64,000 bases of DNA from Amphiscolops sp. MND2022 (Eukaryota), in NCBI GenBank assembly GCA_964187785.1, contig OZ076409.1, forward strand, positions 38,690,001-38,754,000, in the 5' to 3' direction. This document shows, piece after piece, positions 46,501 through 60,195 of the stretch. Position 1 is the stretch's first letter. Every line of letters starts with the position of its first letter. Both the position numbers and the translations under genes were made by a program. The notes beneath the pieces were generated by a model. The model ran no database searches. It saw only the letters and a list, made by a program, of their open reading frames with translations, and was not told where the DNA came from.

Positions 46501-47742
46501 AAACTTTGAGATCGAAATGGTTTGTTTCTGCTAGGTTTTTGCTCCTGCAAAGCATTTAAAAGCGTTTGAAATTACTTATGTACTTTTCCCCATTGAATAT
46601 GGGGTCAAATACGGTGTATACACGGTCGCCCTCACCGCCGCAAAGACCAGCTCCCACTACGATCGCTTCGCGATCTCTGCGCCCGCTAGGTGTCCGTTCC
46701 TGTTCGACCTAACTTTCCAAGATGGGAACATAAGTTAGGTTGCTCTTGAAGGATGTTTAGTATGTACCTCAATACAAGTTCAATTTACTCTCAGTCGACG
46801 AAATAATTGAGAAAGGTCATTCAGTCTTATTTAAAGAGCAAAAGTATAGTCTGAAACTATGTAGATCCCAGGATTATTTTGATCACGAGAGAAAAGACAG
46901 ATTCTTTTTCCTACGAGCTGAGTGTACAAAATTTGTAAAGCAGTCAAAACTGAAGATTCTGAATTTTGGCATAAAAGTCTAGGTCATTTGAAGATGAATG
47001 CCGTCAGAAAAACTGTTCCCACGCTGACAGCCTGGAATTAGATTTCTGTGATTTGTGTGCTTTATGTAAAATAATCAAAGTACAACTTCCAAGAAAAACT
47101 GAAGTCAGAAGCAAAAAATCCATGGAAAGCGTTTTTGTAGACATTTCTGGACCTCTGAATCCTGTGAGCGTGCATGGATATCATTACGTACTTATGCTAG
47201 TGAATGAGTACAGTAAATTTAAAGCCGTAAAGTTCCTACGAGTAAAAAGTGATGCTGAATTTGTTGCTGAACATAGTTGTCCAAAAGATTCGAGATCCGA
47301 CAATGGTACAGAACTCACCAATAAAAGTTTCAAAAACTTCTGTATGGAAAGTCAAATAAGGCAGGAATTTACAGTGCCTGAAACCCCTGAGCAGAATGGT
47401 ATGGCTGAAAGAGCCAACAGATTATAGTAGAAAGGATCAGATGTTTACTACTCGAAGCAGAATTGTCAAAATATTATTGGCTCAGAGCCATTGCTCGTTT
47501 GTTTGTCAGAGCCTTGCCAAACAGCCTATTGTTTGCGGAATCTCGTTGTCAATGAATAAGAATGGCCTAACACATGTACAAACGTTCAATGACAAAAAAC
47601 CGCAAATTGAGAATCTAAAGGTCTTTGAATGCACAATTTTTGTCCAAATTCGCGAAAGTTCACGACCAGATTTTGACAATAAGGCGTCAAAATGTAAATT
47701 TTTAGGATGCGATGAACATAGTCCTGGGTTCGTAGTGGAACA
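40515..47742 (+). repeat. tandem array of a ~3.1-kb unit, 2.3 copies (40515-43618, 43619-46731, 46732-47742), made of copia pol plus a DNA-transposon end
   Basis: ORF track repeats with periods 3104 and 3113; units start AAGTTAGGTTGCTCTTGAAGG. Confidence 0.95.
43319..43618 (+). mobile_element. left end of a CAC-terminated DNA transposon inserted in copia RNase H (repeated at 46432-46731; probable right end about 57870-57920)
   Basis: Copia coding stops at LADL and CACGGTGGGG begins; ATCGAA motifs are shared with the inverted end ...TTCGATCTCTGTG at 57920, after which copia RNase H resumes. No TSD found. Confidence 0.5.
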
Positions 47743-49960
47743 TATATATAATACAACGAAGTATTACTAAGTCGGGGGGACCCTCCTTACACAGACTTTC
47801 TCACGAAAATTATGTCAGCCAGACACTCTCTCTTCATTCCGTTTTGAATGTTACGAAGACGTTTACTAAGCTCTCGACTTTCGCATATCTCGTAATCAGG
47901 ATGCCAAAGGTTTTTTCTTTAGAGGATAATTCAGTAGTAACGTACCACGATACTTCAGAGACTGTCCATGAACTTCCAAACCTAGCTGCTGTACAAGAAA
48001 CATATTCGTGCTAACAGGTCGTGTGAAGATAGACGAGCTCGTATGAGTCAAAAGAGTTTCCACAGTTTTATCAATTTTGCGTCTCGTTGAATGAACAGCA
48101 TATTTGAAACGTTCGCAAACATCGAGATCATAAACATTCAACTACGACTTCGTTCAAACAGCTCGTCGGACGGATATCTTCAGGCTTCGAAAAAAAAATT
48201 GCAATACTTTCACTTGCAGCAAAGTATGTCCTTGAATTTACTTTTCCTCGTGCAACTGTATACCAAAAGACCGTATTGCATGATAGGCTTCATGTAAATG
48301 TTATAATATCTGAACACTATTGAACTTTTACAAATATGTTTCAACCGCAATACCACTGATACTTGTTACTGATACCTTTGATATGAAGGCCTAATGTGTT
48401 TTTTAGCCATTCACGACCGTATATGTTCAACTTTATCTTGACGTGTCGACGTAGCACCTTTCTATCGAATATACACACAGTTAGTTTCATCTGCGTACAA
48501 GAATGGTACAATATCATCACAAGAGCTTGGAAAATCATTCACGTATATTGGAAACAATGGCGGTTGTATAATTGATCCTTGTGGTACACCACACTCATTA
48601 GCTAGGGTATAGTAATACTGATGATTATTAGCAAGGCATTGGATACGATCATTGAGATACGACCTGAACCATTCTAAACGAATACTTCTCACACCATAGG
48701 TTTTCAATTTCAATAAAAAGACTTCATGACTTATTGTATCAAAAGCTTTTAAAGGATCTAATACAGGATACATCAAAATGGGTATTATTCCGAATCAGTT
48801 CCGTTATGTCCGTCCGTGGTTGCAGTGTACTCATTTTTGATCTGAATCCGAATTGAGGACAATACAAAGGAATGTTTACTTCCATGAATTTATACCGTGT
48901 GTAGAAAGCTACCCGCTCAAAGACTTTGCTCAGAACCGATAAAATCGATATGGGTCTATATTTCTCACATTTGCCCTTTGTCCTAGTTTTAAAGATTGGA
49001 ACTAAACTCGCAGCTTTTAAAATCTTTGAGAAAACACCTCTTGATAACGATTCGTTGACAAGGTAGGTCAGACTATCACAGATCACACCAAGACTAACCT
49101 CTAAAAGTTCAGCAGTTAGCCCATCTAATCCAGCTGCTTCGTGGTTCTTAAGGTTCCGTATGGTGTTAGAGTTTTCCACGGAATCATTTGGATAGAACAA
49201 GAGAGAGTTCTCATTATTAGCTAATCCTTCAGTAGTGAATGGAACTGTGGGAATTGAAGCGGCTAAAGTCCTGTTTATCGACACGAACTTCTCCTTGAAC
49301 AGTTTGATACGGCAAAATCATCTGTGATCAATTTTGTTTCTTTGTCCGCTATTATGAAGTTACAGTTCTTCTTCTGTCTACCAGTTAGTTGATTCAATTC
49401 TTTGAAAAAGCGTTTTGGCGAATTCAAGAACCGAGTGAGTCGATCATCAAAGTAAGTTTCTTTTCTTCGACCCCAGGAGTTCGCACACGCGATTACTGAT
49501 TTTCGTGTATTTAGTATTGTTAGACTGAGTGCGATATTGCTTGTATCTAATAAACGCGAACATTCGTCGGAATATGATTTTCTCTATATCTTGATACCTC
49601 GAATCAAGTTTTATTTGACTTTGCAAGCTTTAATTTTCTTTGAAAGTGAAAACGTTGTCAAATGTTGTGTGTGCATCAGACAGACTTTCAGTTAACCTAT
49701 CGACGTCCTGTTCTAAATTTGAAAGTTCCAGACAATTCCTTAAGTAGTTTAAGTTTTTCTTTTTTTGATACCTCTTTCGAGGAAATGGCATTGTTGCCCT
49801 GGTTTCTTGAAAACGAAAGGATTGAGGATTTGTAACAACCAAGTGGACATAAGTTGCCTAGAGATTCGTAATACTGGTTTTGACGACACCAAACTCAAGA
49901 TTGTTGAGGCAATAATAATGTACAATGTGATCAAGAAGTGACTTTGAGGTAGGTGTAACC
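47743..49960 (-). mobile_element. 5'-truncated, decayed non-LTR retrotransposon (CR1/L2/Crack-like RT)
   Basis: ORFs 48739-49284 and 48462-48776: AAGLDGL, VPIFK, YRPISILSVLSKVFE, QFGFR, DPLKAFDTISH, GVPQGSII, YADET; AT-rich 3' tail at 47743. Confidence 0.88.
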
Positions 49961-50442
49961 AGATTTTGCAATTTCGAAAGCAATTAATTGCATGCAATTG
50001 CAATTAATTGTGACTTCAAGGCATGCAATTTCAATTAGCACATATCAAAAACACTGAGGGCAATTAGCACTTAGCAATTAGTGCAACAATTTGTTCAGTT
50101 TTGCACTTTTTCAGGATTCTACCTCAAAATTTGCATTTTGGCTATCACCGTCAATTACAACGGAAAACATACCCCTGTTGGAGTATTGCAGTGCTATCTT
50201 TCAAAGCATTTTTCACAGTGAGTGGTATTTATGTTTTCTTTTTCTGGTTTTGTTTTTAGTACGAGATATCTCACAAGCTGCTTTTATACCAGACTTTTTA
50301 TCACAGTCTGATATTCTGATAGATAGTAAAAAGCAATTGCAATTGCAAGTATTAGCATACATAATTGTGCAATTGCAATTAGCAACTATTTCTTGCTCAT
50401 GCAATTTCAAATATCACATTTTGCAACTAACTGCAAACCCTG
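49960..50442. mobile_element. fragment of a hAT-like MITE with TGCAATT subterminal repeats
   Basis: Clusters of TGCAATT/AATTGCA at both ends; terminus ...TGCAAACCCTG; the other terminus was not found. Confidence 0.45.
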
Positions 50443-51314
50443 GGTGCAACACGCGTAAGTTCTTTTATACCTTGAAAACACCCATTCAATTTCAAAGGGT
50501 TTAAACACCTTTAAACACCTTTTTTAGATTGGTACAACTAATTGCAGTGTAATTCAAATCAATTCCAGTGTGAATTTCATTTATCTCAAAAGAGAGTGAT
50601 TCTTGGACGGTTATTGCCACACCTTCATTTCGTGTTTTTTTTCCGGTTGAAATTTCATTGCAGCATAATTATCTATCACATAAAGGTCTTCAGTGGAAGA
50701 TTCAACCATTCTCGTTTCGGAGCAGCAAACTAGGGATGGTTTATTCACTCCAAATTTATCAAGGTTTCTATTGCCTCAAAATGGAGGTCGATTGTTTTCC
50801 TAAATAAAAGCAGCTTTCATTCGTTTTCAACGTTATCAGAGGTAACAGTTCCTCAAGTTTTTCCACGTTTACGCTAAAATTTTTTACGTTTTAGTGTACA
50901 AGTGAGAGGGCCCCCTAACAAAAATGTAAGCTCGTCTTGCAAACAGGACATATAAAATCTGGATTTTTTTCATATAACTTGAACAGAGTCTCAAAAGTAA
51001 TTTTAGATTCATCAGTTAATAAACGACTACTTTCACATTTAAAACGACCACAGACTTGATATCAGCTCGCAATCTTAACGCTTCGGCTAGTTACGCCTTC
51101 AAAAGAGTGATGTCGTTGTTGATAAGGATTTTTCTTCACTATCTTTCAGTGACTTTTTGTTCGCCATCAGCCAACATTTTGTTTGTCTGCGTGCAAATGT
51201 CAGAATGATTGGGCGCCCTTCATCTTTTTTTTCAACTTAATGCTAGGTATCCGGTGACATATGCTGATGTCTGTTTTTGAAATTTTGGTGTCCTACTTTC
51301 ATAGCACTATCAAC

Positions 51315-54300
51315 TGTTTGGTAGACATCGTTTTCGGCTTCTTCTTTCACTCAGAATATTCTGACATTCTCTCGCCTTCCACACTGTTCGTTGTAATCAG
51401 CAGTGAATAGGCTGGAAAGTCCACCAGTAGTTAGGGATTGGTCGGGGTCTTGGGACTGCTTCTCGCGAAGCTCCGAAACATCGGAAGCTGAGCAGAAGCT
51501 ACGCAAAAAACGACGACTCATGTTGGCGCCAGAGATTGAGACTAGGCAGCTCTGGGGCATCAATATCGGAAAAACTCGACGTTACTTGATAAGTATCGAT
51601 CAAGAGCAGGTTAGGTTTTAAACCCTTGAATTTTTCCTAGCATGCACCAGATTTACAGAGACTTCGCTTATCTGATAAATTTCTTCCTTCATTCATCTTT
51701 ATCTTTCCTGTATTGCATCGACTTTTACTAACATCTTTTTTAGTTATTTAGTTCATCCCTGCTTCAAGATTAAATGATAGTTCTTGAAGCGATCCATTCG
51801 ACCTTTCTTTCTATATTTGAAATTGAAGGTTTTTCTTAAAATGCTGGTATTTTAGTGTATACATACTTATTAATATGGCGTGATTGAGAATTTCCTGTGC
51901 TTTTATTTTTTAAACTATCGTTTATGATAGTAAATCTTGTATTCTGGCCTCCATTGTAATTCCTTGGATGCCACACACCTGTTTGTGAATTTTGCTTGAT
52001 CAATATAAATGGCCATTTTGATGACTATTGAACAATATTTTACGGTACATCGACTATTTTATAAATTTAATAAATAATCGATCAGTTTAGGTCATTCTAT
52101 CCACACCTACATGTTTGTTGCTCTTACATGGTAATTTTGGTCTCGCCCGCTGCCATTCCACCTTTCATTCACGCTTTGACTTTCTATTTGTATGGTTTGT
52201 TTGTAATCTAAACAATGCATTCTATCACTGCATCAGTTGAAGTTGGGATAACGCCAGTGAGCGGTTGATTTTTAACTCGAGATTGAATCGTTCAATTCTT
52301 CATAATTGAGCGCTAAAGTCAGATTTCAGTCAAGTTGGGACTGAGATCACCAAAAATGTCCAGTTCGAAGAAGATTTGAAAATATAAATTCTCAACGTTA
52401 AGAAATAGCTAGCTAGAGGAGACCAAATTGAGAATGGAGATCGGTCGGCAAAAATACGGACGTCAGTACATGGTTTCAATGAAACCGTGGATGAAACCAA
52501 GGCTGTTTATTGACACCAAAAGAACCTTTCAAACGAGGCAGGAGCATTCCAACGTCAACAATTATTCAAGGAAGATGATGTCAGGTGGATTTCAACAATT
52601 CAAAAAAAGCTAGACTATTTGGAGGCTGTAGAAAGGTGAAGTGCCCATTCAGACAATGTGCAAGACCCTGTTAAAACTACAGAAACATCATTAATGATGA
52701 TAAATGATGAGACAATTGAAACTGAAGATGGGAAGCAAGCAGAGAACCAGAACAGCGTGGAAGCTAATGCTGCTTCTGATAATCCTCAGGGAAAAGTAAA
52801 GGCACCTCAACAACCTCCAAAAGAATAACCAAATACTACTGGCATAAGCGTTGTCTCACTTCTGAAAAACCCTTCCGGGAAAACGACCCCGATGATGTTC
52901 TTGGAGCACTGAAAGTGGGCCGTGGGTCCACCGCATCGTCGTGCTCCTCTAGACGACGTTTGAAATTGGAAGCTGAAATCGCCGAGGATGAATCTTGTGC
53001 CAAGATTGAAAGAAAACAGCAAGAGCTAGAGCTGCGACGCAAGCAGAGAGAAATGGAACTGGAGGCCCAAAAGGAAGAAGAGGAGCTTGCCGAAAGGAAG
53101 CGAGAGGAGAAACTATCCCCGAAGTTTGAAAAAATGGAAATGATGGGTCGAACATCCTCAGGGGGTAGCGTTTCCAGCATCATTGAGTCGCTTCGCTGTC
53201 AGAACGTCACAACTAGCACATGGGTAAAGTCGGCAGAGAGTAAATTTGGCCCCCAACGGGAGACCAAGCTTGGGGAAGAACTTCAAGATAGTTACAACAG
53301 CGAGAGACCGTGATCATGGAGATAAGCTGATGCTAAACTGGAGCAATCAATAGAGCAAATTACACCCATGGCAACTACCTATCGCGGGAATCAACGAAAC
53401 AAAGGAAATGGACAGTGAAAGAGTAAGGATTAAGGTCACATTTACACATTTGTTTAAATCAGTGATCCCTGCGATGTATCTCGGAAACAAATCATATGAT
53501 TGCAATGATCTGAAGCGGAAGTACAGCCATTTGGATAATTGCCATGCAGCAATATTAACCTAAAGAATGTCAAAGTGGTTCAGGGGCAAGACAACTACCA
53601 CCTGCTTTTTCCTGTTGCCTACAGAAAAGTCAAGCGAAACGAACCCTGTGATGTCAAGACAAAACTTGGATGGACGTTGAGTGGTCCACTACCAAAGCAT
53701 GAAGTGGCACATGTCCAGCAACAAGCAATGTTGCATCCGAAGATAGCGAGCTGGGGAAGAAATTGAAATCCTGGTTCAACATGGAGTCATACGCCACCAG
53801 AATAAATCTCAGCGGACGCTCGAAAGAAGACAAGAGAGCACTTGAACAATTGGAAAAACAACGAAACTTGTCGATGGTCACTACGAAGTGGGGTTGCCTT
53901 GGGCAGAAGACAACGCGGCTCTTGAGAACAACTACTTCTCGGCACATTCACAAATCTGTTCACTAGAGCGACCGTTGAAGAAAGACGAGTCTCTCAAACA
54001 GCGTTATGAAAATACAATTAACGTGGACATGCAGAAGGGCTCTGTTCGTAAACTAGACGAAAACTAACTGACGGAAACCACAGACGAAAGACAGTGGTAT
54101 GTGCCGCATCATCCAGTTATAAACCCACGCAAACCAGAAAAGGTCAGACGAGTATGAGTAGCAGAACGTTAAGCTCCTGACAGGTCCTGACTTGCTACAA
54201 AATCTAGGGGGAATCTTTTACCTTGACAGCAGACAAAGGAAGCAAAATTTTTGCAAAAAAAATGCCACCGCAAGAGTGCCGAGTGTTACGATTCTTGTGG

Positions 54301-57300
54301 AGAAGTGACGCTCAGGACTAGCTACGAGTATACAAGGCGTCTACGAGTATACAAGGCACATCTTTGGTGCCAAACGTAGTCCGACATGTGCAAACAATGC
54401 TCTTCTACAAGCTGGCATTGACAACAGAGAGAGTCATCCAATAGCCGCAAAGGCCATTAAAAGAAATTTCTACATGGATGATTTTACAAAATCTGTGGCC
54501 ACAATGAAAGAAGCTGTGCGTGTCTACAAGGATGTGAGAATGACTCCTTAAAAAGGGGGGTTTCAATTGCTGAAGTGGATTTGCAACAATGAAGTGGTCA
54601 CAAGAAGCTTTCCCGGGCAGGATAGGTCGGAGGCAAAAAGCAAAACGTTTGAAGCAGAGCTTCATACTTCAGCACTTCTGGGCATGCAATGGAATGTGTA
54701 CAATGACACCCTGGAAGTGTGTCGTGGTGCTGACAAAGAAGTACCCAACAAAACAACACAACGAGCAGTGCTTTCGTTTGTAGCATCAGTGTTTGACCCG
54801 GTAGGACTCTTTGCACCGTTCACAATGAGAATGGGCGTCTTATTGAAGACAATCTGGGCAAAAAGCAGACAACAGTGTGATGACAACATTGAAAAAACAG
54901 GAACATCAGTTCCTGGATTTGGTGAAAGAACTAGCGGAGTTAAAAAACATGTCTTGAAAAGTCGATATTCTGACAAACGTTACAAGAAAGAAGATTTGCA
55001 TCTTTCCTCAGACGCCTCTCTGGAGTCAAGGTGTATTGTGGCTTACCTGCGAGCAGAAGACGATGATAGAGTCGAATTGTCCTTTGCCATTAGGGAATGC
55101 AAAATTGCTCTAATGAAGAAGCAGACGATCCCGAAGTTGGAGTTGCAAGCAGCAGGCAGTTGAGGCAGTTGATCACAGAGGACCACGACATCCAGTTCCA
55201 GACAGTGACACACTCTCTTGGACGGTTTTTCAATGGCTACACTCTGCATATAAAAGACATCAAGTGTTTGTGGCCAACCGAGGCGGAGAATTATTGGATC
55301 AATTCACAGTAGACGACTGGCAACATGTGAAGGACACAATGAATCCTACAGACAGCGGCCCTCGAGCGGTCACTGTGTCACAGTTGCTTGAAAGTGAATT
55401 GTTTGATGGACCGGCTTGGCTTAGGCAGCACCCAGGTAGCTGGCCGGATCAAGTAAAGCTAGTGGATATTTACGACATTGCTTTGATGACTACTCCAACA
55501 GAAAGCGTCATAGATTGGTCCAGGTTTAGCAAATACAAGCAAAAAGTTGAAGTGATTGTTCACTGTCTTAGACTTAGATCAAAGCCACGTGGCGAAATTT
55601 GAAGAAAAAATGCCGAGCGTTTGATCTTACAAATGCCTCAACGTGAAAGTTTTGCCGAATTGTTCAGTAAAAATGAAAACAACAGTGGAGCGAAAGTGAA
55701 GCATGAGTTGGCAAAATTTTCCCCATTTGATGACAGTGACAACACAATACGATTAAAGGGTCGATTAACAATTAGTGTTGATTTGAAACATCCAATTTTA
55801 CTTTCAGGCAAGCAGCATCCAGCGGTGACTCTAATGTTGATACAAACGCATGAAGACAATCACCATCAGGGAACAGAGTATTTGAGGAGCCTGGTTCAAC
55901 AACGTTTTTGGGTTATCGGACTACGAAATGCATTGCGCAGCATCAAATCCAAGTGTGCCAAATTGCAGAAAACTCGCAGTGCAATCAATGCAACCTCTCA
56001 TGGTGGATTTACCGAAAGAACGAGTGGAGGGTAGTGCATATCCTTTCAAGAACACGAGTAGGTTCTTTTGGCCCATTGGAAGTTACTGTTCTGCGTAGAC
56101 CAGTGAAACACTGGTGTTGTTTATTCACATGCTTGGTCACTAGAGCGGTTCGCATAGAGGTGGTCAATGGCCTGGACACTGATGCATGCATGTTGGCGAT
56201 CACCAGATTCATGGCTAGACGTGGCAAACCCCACATAATCATTAGTGATAATGGAACGAACTTTGTGGGAGCTGCTCGAGAATTTAGAGAGCGCTTCAAC
56301 GAGTGGGATCGCGAGGCTCTGCGTGAGCGACTGGCAAATTCACGAGTTATTTTGAGTTTCAGTCCTCCGGGAGCGCCGCACTTTGGAGGAACTAGGGAGG
56401 GAGATATTAGTACGTAGCAGCAGGAAAAAATATATGTTTGGGATTCTTGGAAATCGACGACTAACTTTGCCAGTGCTAACGACAACAATGTGAATTCTCG
56501 ACCATTGACTACTGTGAGTGACGATCCGGAAGGTCCAGAAGATCTGACGTTGAATCGCTTTCTGTTGGGACGACCTGTGATTACAGAACCGCTGATGCCA
56601 GATTCGGTCAGATGCGTGGACTGTCGCAAAATGTACTAGGTGGCTGAAGCATACAATCAAATGATATGGAACAGATGGGCAAAAGAATATCTTCCCAATT
56701 GGAATATGAGAACGAAAAGGGCTGATGATGACGAACGTGTACTGAAAGTTGGAGATCTGGTTTGGTTGATTGAAGAGTCGGTTCCACGACATGAAAACAA
56801 GATGGCGCGTGCGATGGAAGTGTTCCCCGAAGCTGATTGTGTCATTCGATCTGCACTAATCAAGACAAGCAATGGAGTTCGTCGAAGACCCCCAGTGAAG
56901 TTTGCGCCAGTTTATATTTGCATTTGTAGGTATTTGTTAAAATGCTAGCTTTTTAGTAAATACATCTTTGTTAATATATGGCGTGATTGAGCATTTCTTG
57001 TGCTTTTATATTTTAAACTATCGTTTACGCCGCACCTACGTAAATCACGTTTTCTGGCCTCCATTGGAATTCCTTGGATGCCACACACCTACTTGTTACA
57101 CTGGCTTGATCATTATAAATAACCATTGTGATGACTAATGAAGAATAATTTACGTTACTTCGCCGATTTTATACTTTTAATGAATAATCGATCAGTTTGG
57201 GCCATTCTAATCACACCTACATGTTTGTTGCTCTTACATGGTAATTTTGGTCTCGCCCTCTACCATTCCACTTTTCATTTACGCTTTGACTTTCTATTTT

Positions 57301-57577
57301 TATGGTTTGTTTGTACTCTAAACAATGCATTCTATCACTGCATCAGTTGAATTTGGAATAACGCCAGTGAGCGGTTGATCTTTAACTCGAGATTGAACTG
57401 TTCAATTCTTCATAATTGAGCGCTAAAGACAGATATCAGTCAAGTTGGGACTGAGATCACCAAAAATGTCCAGTTCGAAGAAGATTTGAAAATATAATTT
57501 TTCAACGTCAAGAAATAGCTAGCTAGAGGAGTTCTTTCGCCTCAGTGAAAAAAGTGAAAAATACAGTCCTTTCAAAA
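51315..57577 (+). mobile_element. BEL/Pao LTR retrotransposon, decayed
   Basis: TKLGWTLSG, WYVPHHPVINP, NFYMDDF, VASVFDPVGL, SDAS...CIVAYLR, TIPKLELQAA, integrase LFTCLVTRAV...SDNGTNFVGA...PPGAPHFGG, WAKEYL, LKVGDLV; ~610-bp direct repeats at 51812-52421 and 56913-57531; candidate TSD (A)TCAAC at 51310-51314 and 57578-57582. Confidence 0.88.
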
Positions 57578-58184
57578 TCAACAATCCCGCTTTATTAGTG
57601 GAAAGCAGAACAAACCAAGGACCGGCATAAGCTTGAATCGTTTGTTGGGATTTGAGTCAGTCGTTGTAACGCATGAAGGTGTTTCTCTGAGCCAGGTAGG
57701 GATCCTCGGCAGACAGCTTTTTTCGTTCAGCCATTTTCCTGTAAATTCTATCTAGTAGAAGGCATCTTTCTCTATTTAATGAGTTTATCGTAACAATTAG
57801 GCCAGGCAGTGGAGGAATTGGGGACACATCCGAGGGCCAAAAACATTGTTATTTGAAAACGTAGGTCTTTGAAAACATTTATTCGATTTTTTTTTCGACC
57901 AATTTACTTCGATCTCTGTGAGAGGGTGGATTTTTGCAAGACCATCGAAGTGCTATAAGTTTGCAACAGACCCTGTCTTCCACAAAAATCAAAACATATT
58001 GATGTCAAGCAGCACTTGATGCAGTCCGGAAGAAGGAGATAAATATACGTTATCTGCCAACACACAAAATGGCAGTGGATGTTTTCACTAAAGGGCTCTG
58101 TGAATGGAATTTCAAAGAACATCGTGAGAATATCATGGGCAGACTACACCCTGACTAACAAATTGGTTCAAGTCTGAGTGGGGT

Positions 58185-60195
58185 TGTTAACAGTTTGATC
58201 TCACACATGTCATATTTGACAGATGTTTTATCTCTTGACAGATCTTTAAACTAAAGTGGATTTAAAATTATCTTTGAAGATTAACTATATGAAGACCGAA
58301 GTTCGACAGCATTAATCAATTAATTCTGCGCAATCCGCAAAGACAATTTCCCTAGAAACATTACACCTGGAGAAACATCAGCCGAGCAATCTTTTCTTCG
58401 GTGTTCATCACATCTTCAGGGTTCAATATTCCAATACATCTTGCCAAATGTTCTTCCACTTGAGAGACTATTAAAATATCTGAAACAGATGGTCTTACTA
58501 TATGCAAAAATTTTAAAAACTAACAGAAGCAAAGGTTTGGATAACTTGCCCCCAAATCTCTTTAAGTAAACCTGTTTATCTATCCTAATTCGCCGTGTCA
58601 AATATATCGGAAAATCGTGCAAATTGGGAAAATGCAGTCGTGTTTCCCCTGATCAAAGAAGGAAACAAGTCCGAAGTTGTTAACTATCGACACGTTTCAC
58701 TGCTAAATAATCCTGGGAAAATTCTCGAAACTTTGATTTTTAAATAGTTATATAATTTTTGTTCTCGTTTTCTACATGATTCACAGTTTGGCTTCCGGAA
58801 AAACCGATCGACAGTTACACAACTGATAACTTTTCTCCAACAAAAAGAATCAAGGTATAGCGACAAGTAGCGATATTGACGTTATTTCCACAGACCTCAG
58901 CAAAGCCTTCAACAAAGTAGACAAAGAATTACTTTTACCAAAAATCTACAATATGGGTATTCGAGGAAAGTTTTTTTTCAAGTGAATAAACCTTTTGTAG
59001 CTGCATGTCGACAACAAGTCCGTGTAGGGGATTTTCTCGCGACCAGTGGAGTGCCACAAGGCAGCATTCTGAGCCTCCTTCTTTTCCTTATCATTATAAA
59101 TGACTTGTCCGACCGACCTTTGTAATGAAGTATACCCCTTACTTTTTGCAGATGATACCAAATTCTTATGCGTTTAAGTAGACACAAAAGCTATCCAAGA
59201 CTACCTAAATAATTTCTTCGATTGGACTTTATCAAACGAGATGCCTTTCAACGTGGAAAAATGTGCACACATTGCAATACCAAACAAAAACGAAGAATTG
59301 TTTTTTGGGAACGCTCTCATTGTACCTGCCAGTACTCAACCGGGTCTAGGTCATTATTTTTCCGGCGAATTTGAAATGGAATTTTCAGTTTGACAAGGTT
59401 TGTGGCAAAGCGAACCAAGTTATCCAATTGAAAAAAAGAGACGTGTTGTTATTCCGTCAAGTGCGAAACTAAATTAATAAAAATCGATCATCGTCCCTAT
59501 TCTAGTATATTGTAGTTCCTGGTATGGCCTCAGCAAGTATACATATCTCAACTTGAAAACACCTAGAAAAGAATAGTTTAGTGGCTTAATCCTAGAAAAG
59601 TCATACTAGGAAAAACTGAAAAAAATGTCGATCTTACCTCCATCAATGTATATTCAATTCTTGCGTTTCTCTCTGTTTCAGTTGGATAGACCAAAGATTA
59701 AAACTCTGGAAACCGACTTCTACCAAACTTGTAGAATTTCTAAGACTGGATAATACTGACCAAACAATTTTGAAGAAGAAACTCCTGACTTTTCTGCCAG
59801 AAGTTTAACAACTTCACTGAATCTGACAAGTGTACCTGGAAAATGGCATGTGATTGCACAATGAATAACTGCAGAAGCAAAACGAACATCTAGAACGTGA
59901 TAACTGTGGGGACGTAGTTTCTTGTGTTTATAAACACTAAATCCATTTTACTACTACTACAGTTGCTCATATGTTAAAGTGATCTTTTAATCACGGATGT
60001 ATTTATTGCTAATTAGTATTTTTGAGAGGCTACTTATCTACTTAATGGTTAACTTATCACTGACATATTTATTTAATAATCGAGTCTACCGCCTCTCAGG
60101 AAGTTGTAATCGTTATTAACCTTTTTCTTGTGAATAACACAAACGAATAAATTCTTCCGAGAACAGATTGCTCCTCATCAAGTTAATTTCCAAAT
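58185..60195 (+). repeat. copia 3' LTR, split by a LINE insertion
   Basis: 58185-58225 and 59966-60195 together reproduce the 5' LTR. Confidence 0.85.
58226..59958 (+). mobile_element. 5'-truncated CR1-like LINE inserted in the copia 3' LTR
   Basis: YRHVSLL, SQFGFRKNRST, DLSKAFNKVD, SGVPQGSIL, FADDTK; (CTA)n 3' tail; TSD ACAGATG / ACAGTTG. Confidence 0.88.

Larger units (their letters stand above)
39830..60195 (+). mobile_element. Ty1/copia LTR retrotransposon, dead, with nested insertions and an internal tandem triplication
   Basis: LTRs start TGTTAACAGTTTGATCTC at 39830 and 58185; 5-bp TSD GTATT (39825-39829, 60196-60200); order gag (40218), integrase (RSDNGTE, TPEQNGMAERAN), RT (VWVDDLL), RNase H (VALSSCE; KHIDV, DVFTKGL at about 57950-58100); purine tract GAGTGGGG before the 3' LTR. 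Confidence 0.88.

Noticed and set aside
40218..47770. Active or recoded (readthrough/frameshift) copia polyprotein, suggested by identical stops in all copies
   Set aside because: The disruptions are too numerous, the protease region is deleted and conserved motifs are eroded; shared stops are explained by duplication after decay.
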